A stretch of 57,670 nucleotides of DNA from Atractiella rhizophila (lineage: Eukaryota). Each line of letters opens with the position of its first letter. Within the stretch, counting starts at the first letter, position 1. Both the position numbers and the translations under genes were made by a program. The notes under the pieces were generated by a model, which worked only from the letters and a program-made list of their open reading frames with translations, was not told where the DNA came from and did not search any database. The DNA is taken from assembly GCA_021432655.1 (NCBI GenBank), contig MU271286.1, positions 49,213 to 106,882 of the forward strand. Reading direction: 5' to 3'. Shown here piece after piece: positions 24,691-36,943 of the stretch.

Positions 24691-27293
24691 TTATAGTAAA
24701 ACAGATGTAGGGACTGGGGCTTCCAAAGTGAGATGAGGAGTCGTAGCTAGAAGCCTTAGCGGCGGGATAGGAGACAGAGGCGGGACATCCGAGTATTTGT
24801 CAGAATTCTGAGATCGTGGAGGAGAAATAGAACCATGCTTAGAGAGTGGGCTGAGTCCTCGATTGTTCGCCGCTCCTTCCTCTTTCAACACCTCTTCTGC
24901 GGCCTCGGGCGGTGAGAAATCCACAATGTCTCCATCTTCATCCATTGAAGTCAGCGTCGACATGTCTCTTTCAACATTCCGCAACTCCACTTCCTCAGGA
25001 ATAACAGCCACCTCATCATCAACCTGAAGGGCCATGTCGGGAGGAAAGATGGCTTTATAGCCCGGTGGTACGTGCCATAATGAGTGTATAGACGAGGCGG
25101 AAGAAAGGGATGAGGCATCAGAGGGCGGACCTTTCTTCGCGATTAGTGCGATCGGAGGGGCAGTGAATGATATGGACACTCCGGGGTGAGGTGGCCGACG
25201 GGGGGGAGCAGGCGAGTGAGGCACAGCTTTCGGGGGACTCGTGAGGGGACGCCGAATCGACTTGGATGATCCGAGCCCTGCGATAAGCTGAAGCGGCTTG
25301 GGCATGGTGAACGTTCTTCTGAACTCCGGAAGCCTCGTTTGATAGAAAGAGGAAATCTGAATTGGCGAGGTGAGGGTTGTAATGGCCGGAAGAGGAGGAG
25401 GAGGCCGCTGAGGCCCTGTTTGTGCCTCTGGGCGGAGAGTTGTGTTTGAATCGGTTCTGCGAACCGTCTTCTTAGCAGGCACTACTCCTGGAGTTTCCTT
25501 CTCGTCCTCGAGAGAAGTTAGAGATGAAGATGCGTCACTACGAGTCATAGATCGGCTCAGGGCACCAGGAAGGAAAGTGCTAAGGCTCGCGGTGGAAGAT
25601 TGATAGGGACTGTTCCGAGACGACACTTGAGGAAGCGGTTCCGTTACCCTCCGCTTCTTCACATCCCTTCCCAATTCCTCTCTCGCTTTCCTCTTTCCTT
25701 TCCCCAACACCGTAACTTGTTCTTTCACAGCCTTTCTCCTCTCCATTCTTTGTAACCTCGCATTGGTCTGCTCCCTCGCCACTTCTTCCACATTCGCAGA
25801 ACTTCGAATGAACTCTGCAACCCACTTTGAAGCTTTCGCAATCCTTCCGTCACCCGAGCTGTCCTTCCTAGGCCGCCCACGCCCACGTTTAACAGGCTGT
25901 TCCACCGAAACCTCTACAGATTCAGTCTCACGATGCCCTCGATCCTCATCCGAGACTGGAGTCAACTCTGAGTCACTTTCCTCCTCCTCGGAGAGAGAGG
26001 TGAGGTCTGATCCAGAACTATTCCTACGCGCGAGGGCCCGCAGACGACGACCGTTCCGAGTGACAGATTTGATGCGCATCGAGGGCGCGCTGTTCACGTT
26101 CAGAGGATCAGCGAATGCACCATGACCGTGGCTATTTGGGCATTTGCCAGACGAATTAGATTTGAGTTAAGCGAAAGTATTAGACACGAACAGTTCGCAT
26201 GTGCGGCAAAGGCACTTTGAGTTGTTCTCGTCGAAGTAATTCTCACCGTAAGAGCTCAAAATTTCCTATGATTATCGTTAGGGAATCCATATAAAGGGGT
26301 CACGTAACGCACTTCATTCCGTGAGATGTCTCGCAGAATTTTGAAAAATAGCGTCCATTTCGCCTTTTCTTTCTTTCCGTCTTGCTGGGTGGCATATTTA
26401 CCAAGTGAGACGTTCGGATTACAATCATGCTAGCTTCGTCTAAGTTTCTTCCATTGCTTGTAGATATAAAAGACGCACATTAACAAATCTCGCAGGGCCA
26501 AGAAACAGTTGATTCCTCTGACTCTTCGGTTTTGACCGATCGTGAACAATGGACAAGAAATCCGTTCGATGAGTAATCTTTTCATTCTCTTCCTCCGTAA
26601 GGGCTGTAAGGTATCCTTTCATTGGAATAACGTCCCCTGCCTTCCACGGTCGCGTGGCTCGGACGGCAAGATGAACCGACGTATTCGCGAGCGTACCAGG
26701 GGCTGAAGTTTGTGCTAAACTGGCAGATTTAAGAAGGCGTGTGTATCTGTCTGTAACAAAAACCTCGCATCCGGGATTCGCAACGTGAAGCCACAAGTAT
26801 CGCTTGAAGTGACTGTCAAAGAGTTTATCACGTGACTCGGGAAAGACCGAGATTCCTCACCTCCGGAAGTAGTCGACATAGAGTGAATGTGACAATTTAC
26901 ACATTCTTCCCATATCTCATTACCCTTATACCCAGCCTTCAGAGAAGAACAGCTCACCGAATAGCCTCTTCCGCAACTTCCTCCAGACTCTTTCCTTGTT
27001 TAACCTAAATGCCAAACCCCCTAAGCTTTCCGGCTCAATGCCATACAATAGATAATGACCTGAGCCACCAGAGCCAAAATATCCCTATCCTGGATGTTCC
27101 TCTTCGGCGAATAACGCAGGTTCATCTTATGGCATGTCCGGCCATTTAGGAGTGGTCTATCGACAAACAAATCGCTGTCACAACAATCCACAGCAATATT
27201 AGAACATTTCTTGGATGCGCAAAAGGGATGATGAACGCACGTAGCGATGTCATCGATATACCGGAGCTGGTGAGAGTCGAAACCTGTTGTCAT
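24691..27293 (-). CDS. SET9: Histone H4K20 methyltransferase (Set9/Suv4-20 family)
   Basis: N-terminal DDIATDLFVD...HKM, SET motif [16 protein letters not shown], post-SET YGENYF...CLCRTCE, and a long disordered tail with an AT-hook (RGRGRPRK). Confidence 0.9.
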
Positions 27294-27632
27294 CTCCAAC
27301 CACTTCTCCTGCACGCGCACTGGGATCCTAGAACTGCCGATGGAGGGCAATCGGATGAGGACAGGTGGTTGACACGCTTCACTGAGGATCTGCTGCCCGA
27401 GTGAAGCTGGTAGATGGTCGTTTGACTGGCGAACTGTTCCCTGTTCCACTCAAACCTTAAAGGCTCATTCATTCAGTCCTTTGTTCCGAGTTCTAACCAA
27501 CTTCTAGGAACGGCTGGGGTTTCCAAAGGATAGAAATACATTTCAACTCCAGCATGCTTGATGACAAACGGGGGGAATACAACATACAAACACACTGAAG
27601 TTGCGAACATCCGAAAAAGCTGTGAACACAAA

Positions 27633-30022
27633 TCAGTCCAACACCTTTGTTATTACCCCCTGTTCAAAATGATTGCATCAGCGAGCTATTCTAATTTCAT
27701 GGAAGAAGAACAATACACACCAGTCCTTTTGTCTTTCCCTCCCTGAACAAAATCTTCTGCCCAACCTTTACAAATTCTGGTTGTTTCAGGAATTCAAAAA
27801 CAACAGTTGCTTTATCCCCTTGATTTAAACTCATGGTCAGAAAGAAAAGCGAGACGTGATAAAAACTTGCCTGTCCGGATGAATTCTTTGTCCATCTTCA
27901 GTATCTTGACTGTCTGTCTTACCGGTCCCACATGCAACATCCTTCATACCAACGGTTGGCCCAAAAAGAGAAACGAATAATGAAGACATACGACTGGTAC
28001 CGTGTTGTAATGGTCGAATTATGATACAAAACCAAGACTTGTCCCTCGAACCGCCGTACCGCTGATGTATAATATCTCAGTTTTGCAGGAGCAATGAATT
28101 GACGTCAGGGCAGAAATGAGAACGCACGTTTTGGCATCGCCTCAGATTTAGCAATGACGGCCATCCCTTTCCTGACCATATTCCTCCTCACCCTCTTCAA
28201 GGCAAAAGAGACTGATTGACCCGCCTCTGCATGCTCCACATTGACTCTCTTACGCTGGATTGACTTGACCGAAGATGTCATAAAAGACCCGAGAGAATCA
28301 GGTCCCAGGAGGACGGTGTCACCAACTGAGACTCGTCTACAGGCCAGGAGATCAGTCTTGGGTTCAGGTAGGCACGAAAACAAACCCGGAAAGAATCACC
28401 CCAGAGACAACTGTCCCCACAAACGGTCTACCTTGTCTGTCAGTCTGCAGAAACAGTCATGGAGAGGGAGAAAACGGACACAGAGAATACGTCCGAAACC
28501 TGAAATTCGAGCTCCTTCTCCGTGTCATACCGCTCTTTGCCATCTTTGAAGACGTTTAAGAACGCTCTTAAGTTTCCGAGTCCCTCTCCCGTGACATTCG
28601 AAACGACGAAAATCGGCGCTGCTCTCTCTTCCATGAACCTGCCCGCAAGTTCGATGGCCATCCCTTTGTCCTGCACAAAGACCGGCGATCTCCGACATCC
28701 GGGAGAGCGAAGGATCTTCGACAGTTGCTTCAAGGTCTGAGCAGTAATGTGTGCTGGAGTGCTGTCGACCTTTGTGACGACGCATATTACTGGTAGTGAA
28801 AGTGCAAGTGCGCAGGAAAGGTGCTCTTTCGACATGCCAATAATTCCGGCGTTTGCTCCAACGATAAGGAGGACCCCTTGAGGTTCGCAACCTGTCAATC
28901 CAAAAATGGTGGTCTTCAGGTACCTTCGATCGAAAACCATCAGCAACGGCTATGAACAAAGGACGAAGGGACGAAATGCGCACTTCTCGTGTCCTGCCAA
29001 GTCGATGAAGCTGACAATCTTCTTCCCCCTCGCACAGATCTCCTCCCATGTCCATGCCTTTCCAGCCTTTCCACCCTCCCTCTCAGGCGGGAGGACATCC
29101 GCTCCCCTAGTGTCGTAAGCCATAATCTCCATTCCGACGCTGCTTGTCCGTCCGCTCTCAATCTCATGCTGATGTCTGGCCAATGCAACACGAGCTCGCC
29201 CACGACCATCGTCTAACCGTCCCTTGGTTAGGACACCAAGCAACGTGGATTTGCCGGAGTCGACATTGCCAACCTAATGCAGACCTTTATCAATCCATCG
29301 ACCGGAACACTATACCAGTAACTTGGACAAAGGGAATGACGTAATGGAGACATACTGCTGCTATCCGTACCTCGCTCAAATCAAAGGCTCCCTCAGGCAC
29401 TTTCCTCACCAACACAATCAAGCATCTTGCCTCCCAATTCCTGACGGTCTCTTCCTCATTCCTTGCACTTTCGTACTTCTCCAGATAAGTCTTCTCCCCC
29501 ACATGCTCCAAAGGATCCCACAGAACGGTAGCATGTGCATTGATGTCTTCCGCTATTCCCTCAAAGGCAGTTCGTATGCGTATTACCTCGTCCTTCGTAA
29601 GAGGAAAAGCAGTGGAGGGATTGGAGAACGTGGCCGAAGGGGTGCGGACAGAATCATCATCGAACAAAGCAAGGGAGCTTGTCGAGTTCAGATTGTGCGC
29701 GCCGAGGAAGAGCACGGCCTCTCCGCTTCTTGAAAGATCCAATTGCGTCTGCAAATAGCTGGAGAGAGTAGCAGAAGACTCCGGGGTTGGGTTTAACAGC
29801 TTCTCCTATAATACATGGACACCCATACACAACCATTCAACAATATTTCGGATAGAGATTACGCACTTTCAATGAACTCCCATCGCTTGTAGATTCCTTC
29901 AAGGTTAATGATAACAGCTCCTTGTTCTTGTTTCCCACTGCGCTCTTCGTAGAAACGTTTATCGACTCCACAAACTGCTGGAAGGATACTTCTGGTCGTA
30001 CTCCGACGCCCTTAGTTGCCAT
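27633..30022 (-). CDS. GTP-binding protein 1/2-like translational GTPase
   Basis: [50 protein letters not shown] and the C-terminus [17 protein letters not shown]. Confidence 0.93.
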
Positions 30023-30252
30023 TTTGCCAGGATCCAAATACTCTTCAAATATGCTGCTACAATTGCTGCAGACGTGGTTATATACCTTCTGAGTGAATGA
30101 AGTGAGTCGTTTCTGGTCGAGTCCACGAGAGTCTGGTGGACAATGACTTGACGCTACAAAGACTTCCTTTCTTGGAGGTTCAGATTTCCGTCCGCCTACC
30201 AAGGAATTGTTGATTGTGTCCTCGCTGAACTCACAATCGAAGTTGGAGCAAA

Positions 30253-32377
30253 ATGCCGTGGCTCAAAAGAGGAGAAATAGACATACTCGTCGTGTCTACC
30301 GTGCTAAAGCTGGCCCTTTTCCCAACTTAGTACGCACCTCGTTTGAATCTCAGTTTCAGCTTTCAGCGACTCAGGATCTATCATTTACCGTTTTGTGTTA
30401 TGGCGCAGCAAATCGACAGACTTCGAGGTTCACCGCAACTGGCTTGCGATTACCCATTCCCTACCACTGTCAAAGTGGTACTTTGACACGACCTCCGAAT
30501 GGACACTCGATTATCCACCCTTCTTCGCCTATTTCGAATGGACATTGTCTAAACTCGCTTACATTTTTGATCCTGAGATTGTCAGGCTTGATAATCTCAA
30601 TTATCAAGCTTGGAGTGTTGTCGCTTTTCAGCGCAGCACAGTAATCGTGTCTGAGTTAGTGCTGGGAACTGCCCTGCTTCGGTACGTTATATCCAAAATT
30701 GAGCGGACGAACACTGATCGAGAATAATAGGTGGTACCGAACCACAGACATAGAAAAGAAATCTGCTTTTCTTATGGCTTCCGCAATGTTTTTACACCCA
30801 GGCTTACTTATCGTCGACCACATCCACTTTCAATACAATGGTTTCCTTCTCGGAATCCTCTTCTGGTCCCTCCTTTTCATACGGGATGTGAGCCTCGCTT
30901 TATTTCTCACTTCTGGAATACGAGGGATACTCATCTTGCAATGGCAGGGACATATAATTCTCGGCGCCATGACCTTCTCCTCCCTCCTGATGTTCAAACA
31001 TTTATACATCTTTCTTGCGCCACCATTCTTCACCTACCTTCTCCGCACATACTGTCTTTCTCCTTCACTGGTATTTCAACCTCCAAAGTTTCTCACTCTC
31101 GCAGTCTCAGTCCTCTCAATCTTCACCCTCGCGCTAGCACCTTTTCTTCTTTCCTCGTCGGAGCCTGTCGATATGATAAGGCAAATAATAGCGAGGTTAT
31201 TTCCCTTTCAGAGAGGCGTAAATCATGCATACTGGGCAGGAAATTGGTGGGCTCTCTACACCCTAGCAGATCGTGTAATGGTCAAATGTTAGTTCTTCAG
31301 TTTTCATTTCTACGATGACTAACTGGTGGTGGATGGATAGACTTGAGATACAAAGGACTTGAAGTGGATGAAGCCGTCCTCTCCTCTGCTACGAAAGGCA
31401 TGGTGCAGGATACTACTTTTGGAGTCCTTCCGACTCCAACGGCAGGGATGTGTATGGGGATTATTCTTTCCCTGAATCTCGTAGGCTTTCCACTTATCTC
31501 TTCCTCATACATATTCCTAAGCAGGCACAGGTATATTCCACCCAATTATGGCTCAGCCCGACTTATAAGAACTTCATTAAACATGTCAGTCTGAGCGCCA
31601 TGACATCTTTCTTCTTTGGTTGGCATGTGCATGAGAAAGCTGCCTTGCACTTCTTACTACCCATGACGTACGCTTTCCTTCATCGTTTCTCGCATCCCCA
31701 CTCGTAAAGTCGCAGACTGATGCATCTTGGAAATTAACAAAATATAGATTGGTCGCTCTTGAAGATGTCTACCACCTCCGCGTCTTCGTCACATCCACTT
31801 TCGCAGGCGTATATGGCCTGTTTCCATTACTCATCCATTCTGCAGGTAAGAATCCATATCAATGCCTTCCTTTGGACACATTTCAGACTGATACGTTGAA
31901 TGAAGAAACCCCAATCAAGTTCCTCTACTCCATCGCTTGGGCAGAAACGGTTCTTGTCGCTCTGAGACGGGTAGTGTATCGGTTCGTTGTGTCTTCTTTA
32001 GAACCCAAAACGAGAAATGACGTTGTCTTACAAGCCCGGTACCCACGACTTTCAACATAATAACTTTGAATCTCGAATACCTCTACATGTTCGGCTTCGC
32101 CTTCCTTCAGCTTTACACCTCCGTCATACACTCGCTCCTGTTCCCGCCACTCACGCATCTACTCGAGGAGCAAATATGCAACGACGTTCTGATAGAGTCT
32201 AACCCTGCCGGCGTGGACGGATTCAGTGGAAATGTGACGAGCGTGTGCGAGAGCGTTTGGAGGGAGACCAAGGAGGAGAGGATGCAGTTTCTCCCGCTTT
32301 TAATCACAAGTACTTATTGTGCGCTTGGGATCGGATGGACGTGGATCATGTTTTCTTGGCTTTATTTGATTGGGTAA
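30253..32377 (+). CDS. ALG8: Dolichyl-P-Glc alpha-1,3-glucosyltransferase
   Basis: [58 protein letters not shown] and FGWHVHEKA. Confidence 0.95.
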
Positions 32378-32503
32378 TTAGTTTGCAATGTAATTCTACC
32401 AAGCAACAGATCGCAAGGGTCAGACCAGAATGACTGGTTGAATTCCTTGTGAGCCGAATTGTAAAAATTACAAGCCGAGGTCAATCCAGGGAAAGTGACA
32501 GGA

Positions 32504-34054
32504 TTATAGTACTCCGTCTCGCATTTCTAGGTCATGCTTATATCGTTCCTCTGTTGTTAGACCGTGCGCCTCGTCATCAACCTTCCATGTTTGTGGCAGA
32601 ATGGGAGAGACGGGATGGCCTTCCTCATCTACCTGCACTGGAACGGATTCCTACTCGCAACCGAAAATAAGGACAAACCAATTAGCAAAGTCATACTAAC
32701 GCACGTATTTCCGTACCCTATCAGGAGGAAGTACATGCGGCCGCCCTGAAGACTTTGGGTTCTTGAATACTTCTCCAAAACGTTTGAAAGAGTACGAGGA
32801 TGGTTTAGACGATGTGCTTGAGACGATGGGTCCAGAAGATGGCTCCGACACAGACGATCCTCCTTGCTGTTGTTGGAGAGAAAGGTTGGAGAGGAGGGTG
32901 AGAGCGTCTACGATCCTCTCAGATTAAATAAACTGGAGAAGAAGTCCGTACAGCCGTGTCCCAAAGCTGAGGTGTCTTGGTGAGCTCGTCCATAAAGGAA
33001 AATGCACACGTACGGAAGACTACTCCATTCGTGACACCGTTGTCTTGGTTAGTCAAGAACGTAATCAAAATAGCCAGTGCCCAAGCACTCATTATAGCCC
33101 CTGCAAAAAAAGTTTGTTAAGAGAGGAAATCGGGGAAAGTTGAGGACCTGTTTGGATAGTGAAGAGAATGAGGCGGGCTAAAAGGTTCTTCGTTGCCGGA
33201 AACATTGTCTCTCGATGGAATCGAAGCAATGGGATGACCAAAGAAATGGTGATAAGGATATCAGCCCCAGTTGCCGTGCTCAAGGTAATAACCCTTAAAT
33301 ATGTTGACTGAGACATAATGCAGCGAGGGATTGGAGCGACATACGTTAGTTGTTTTACTAACATGTCTGTTTTCCCATCTGACAAGTCATTGTTCTGCAG
33401 AGCCCACGCCAGAGCGAAGTTTCCAGCAACCTTTCTCGCACGCTTTTCAATCTAATTCAAACTGCCTTGAGGGACGAGAGACATACCGCGCATGTTGTGA
33501 GCAAACCCAAAGTAGCCACGATTAGAAGGTTCTTGTTCAATTTCCACGACCGAAAGATAAGATATCCCTGCAAAATACCGCCTTTCACAAGTGATTGAGC
33601 TTCCACCCTGCGCCTCGGAAAATAGGGACAGCACCTGCAACACCAGACGCCGCCGTGTTGACTCCCACGAACCAATGAGAAGTGCGAACGTAGGAGAAGT
33701 TGCCCTGTGTAACGGTCGTTAGTAGCCGTAGAGGATGAGAAAATGACACACCCAATGGTCAATGGTGTAAGAGTGAACACCATACAATCCTATAATTGTG
33801 CTGACAAAGTTATTGATGAAGACCTACACAGATTGTAAGTATAGACCGTGTCAAGGTAAAGAGTACCAGTTACATACCACAGCTACCAAGAGCTTAAGAA
33901 TTCTCGCCTCCCTAGTTCCGTACGACCTACATAGATATTGTATGCCGTATTGAATTTCATATGCCCAAAGGAAGACAGAAATCCAGCTCCCAATCTGCAG
34001 AGGAGCCACGACTCCTCCGACAACCTTTCTCTTGATAGATTCAGGGACATCCAT
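32504..34054 (-). CDS. Multi-pass membrane protein (basidiomycete DUF6534-like)
   Basis: Several hydrophobic exons, ADILITISLV...LLARLILFTIQTG, ALTLLSNL and a Ser-rich cytosolic tail. Boundaries inferred by eye. Confidence 0.65.
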
Positions 34055-34628
34055 TATTGGTGCTTCGAAAGGACGACGTCGCTGTACCTGCCGCCCTGGT
34101 GTGGCGTTTGATTCGAGGCCAAGGGCGGCATACGGCAACACATATTCTGGAATCAAATCTGGGCAATCCCTCTCCCTCGGACGTCGTCGGATTGGCGCAG
34201 TGAACAGTATGGTACATGCATAGACTGCTTGGTTCAGAGGAATGCTTAAACAGCTTCTTGGAGCGGGAGCGGTGCAATACCAACTAGGAAATTGAATTTA
34301 TCATAAATGACTCTGAAGGAGTCCCTGAAGAAGCTTCGAAGGAAGCTCATACCGCTCAACTGCCAATGATGGGTTTTCATACCTACCATCTCGGTATTTA
34401 TTACATAAAGCAACTAAAGTTATAGCAACGACGGAAACTGGAGAACTGCTCAGCATATTGACAGCAGTCTAAAATTTGCCAGAGGAGAAGTTTGTAAGGG
34501 ACATTGCACCTTCATAGATAGACAGTGCGCGCTAGTAAGCAGGTCATTTAATGAAAAACATCAATTTACAACATCAACACCTATACTTTTCGTTAGATAG
34601 GGTTGAGAGAAAGTAAGTGTGCAGTTAT

Positions 34629-35972
34629 CACCGTGGAAACTCTTTCGGCAGGTGACCTGATGGCTACACGCAGGAACTCTATTTTGCCGTCAGGTTCCCT
34701 GCTTACCACCAACATGCAGGTTTGGACTTAGCATTTTTCCTTTGGCGAAGGTCGGGAGGTAGTAGGGTTAGGGTAGATTTTGGGCACCCAAACGACATCG
34801 ACGATCCAATCCAACGAATACGCCACAATCGTACCTCTCCAAGTCATACACCCACTCCATAATGCCTCTCAGGTACTCCGATGTGTCTGCTGTGAAATTC
34901 GCTTTGTAATGGACCACTACTGGCGAAAGTGAATAAAGAAGGATATGGGGCTTTGTGCCAAGCAGGAGAAGATGCCCAACGACAGAGTGAGGTGGGAAAC
35001 CGCTAAAGGTGTGTCGTATGCTCGTTAGTGGTAGGGAGGAACAGGAAAATTGGGTGGCACGCTTCGAAAACTGTGGTTTGGCGACAATGCTTCGACTTGC
35101 ATCATTCTGGGTGAGGAGAATTCCGATGAGACCAACAAGTTAATAAAGGGTTCCTTCTATGAATGTTCAAAAGACAGCTTTGTTCTGCCTTCTAATGTAT
35201 TGGGGGACAGCAAGACAACATGCCCTGCCTTGAACGCTCAAATGCAAGGTCCTCCACATCAGCGGTGTGATAGCTTGAAGACGCATGCCTGTGTTATTGC
35301 TACTTAATGATGTGGAAGAAAGGCTGGATTACGCTCTTGGAAGGGAAAGATCGTGGCAGTTCTGACGGTTAATGTAAGTAGCTTTTTCGTTTGTTCTTTT
35401 CTTGGTTCCAAATTGCACCGGAGACTGATGAGATGGAACTTTGTTAGGTATCTTTCACCTGCTCCGAAGGTATGCTTTTCCTTTGCTTGAGTGATTTCTG
35501 GCCATGCTAATTGCTTGTGAGTTAGGGAAATAACTTAGTATGTTTGCAAGTATGATTTGTGAGTAATCTCTACTGCATCAGATGAAGCTGATTCATGAAT
35601 CAGCCGTGGAATAATTTTTTTGTCTGATAAGGATGAGTTACCGTGTTTATATGACACTAAATAGTACAATGCATTCGTAATCCCAACATAATCCTCACAG
35701 GTGTCCCAGTGCATATAAGAGGTGTAAAGAAGCAGGGGAAGGGAGGAGCTGTAGCCAGTGCAGGATTCTACCATCAGGTACGCGCAGGTCCCCTGCCACC
35801 AGCCATCAGGTTCTTGCAATATAGCTGATGGCTGGCAGCAGGCGACCTGATGATTGGACAAATCGTCGCGATCAGGTCGCCTGATGGAGTTTCAGCAGGT
35901 AACGTGCTCGTAACCGGAAGGTCGCCTGCTGATTTTAGCGGCAGGCCACCTTCCGAAAAGCTTTCTACGGTG
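34629..35972. mobile_element. Non-autonomous TIR DNA transposon, CACTA/CMC-like
   Basis: Imperfect 31-bp TIRs (25/31 match) begin CACCGT at 34629-34659 and 35942-35972. TAT flanks both ends. Subterminal CAGG-N3-CCTG repeats occur at both ends. Confidence 0.8.
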
Positions 35973-36166
35973 TATGAACGTGATTGGAGAGGTGAAGAAA
36001 GAGGACAAGTTTCTTGGTAAGTCACGTGATTATACTGCTGTGGTGGGTGGTGGGAAGGCCGACTTTTTGGTAGTGCGGTGGCTTTTGTTTTCTTGCTGTG
36101 CACCTGACTTTCACGGACCTCCTTTCCAGTTTTTCGTCTCTTCGTATTTCTCAAGGTATAGGTAAG

Positions 36167-36841
36167 ATGTCCAAAGCCGCCGCCCCTGCTGTATGTCTAT
36201 TCTACTCTTCTTCAGAACAACCCACCAATAAGTGGGTGTTGCAGAAAAAAACCACAACCCCGTCTGCACCAAAGACGCAGAAATTCTTCATCGACTTCTC
36301 CGGACCGGCTAATGACAAAATTGTACGCCAACCCCTTTCGACCAATTTTAGGGGCCTGGTTGATTAGTTTTCTAGTTCGATGCTGCCGCTTTCGAGAAGT
36401 TCCTCCACGATCGGATAAAGATTGAAGGACGTACCGGGCAACTGGAGGATAAGGTCCTTATCAAGCGTGAGGGTGCGTATCATGTCGCAGTCAATCCTTA
36501 CATGCCACAGAGAGGAGCTGGACTGATTTGAGCTCGGTATAACGTCTAGGTGAGGGAAAGATCAGTGTCACGACCAACATCCCCTTCTCGAAACGCTCCC
36601 TCAAATACCTCACGGTTCGTTTTCCCCGATAGCCTCCAGTGGAGAAGAAAGGAATATCCCATTGATGATATGGGTTGACAGAAAAAATTCCTTAAGAAGA
36701 ACCAAATGCGGGAATGGCTCCGCGTTATTGCCACTAGCAAGAACACCTATGAGCTCAAATTCTTCAACATCAACTTGTGCGTTCGAGTCTCTCTCTTCTT
36801 TTCATCAAGAGTAACGATCATGTCTTGCATGTAGCGAGTAA
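36167..36841 (+). CDS. RPL22: 60S ribosomal protein eL22
   Basis: Spliced reading [37 protein letters not shown]...[41 protein letters not shown]. Confidence 0.95.
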
Positions 36842-36943
36842 TTCTCAGTTGAGCGCGGTGAGGTGAAGAACGGAGTGATGAGGTCAGATTGAGATACTAT
36901 TGCCTATGCACATGCAATCTATGGTCCATTGCCTCTAAATCCT

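Noticed and set aside
34763..34774. Telomere-like TAGGGTTAGGGT inside the TIR element
   Set aside because: Only about two units, too short to call an interstitial telomeric repeat.
35050..35307. Internal ORF of the TIR element as a transposase fragment
   Set aside because: It is 85 aa with a non-ATG start and no recognisable DDE or En/Spm motif.
35761..35952. Repeat cluster as a CRISPR-like array or structured ncRNA
   Set aside because: Spacing is irregular, the context is eukaryotic, and it is better explained as transposon subterminal repeats adjoining the TIR.
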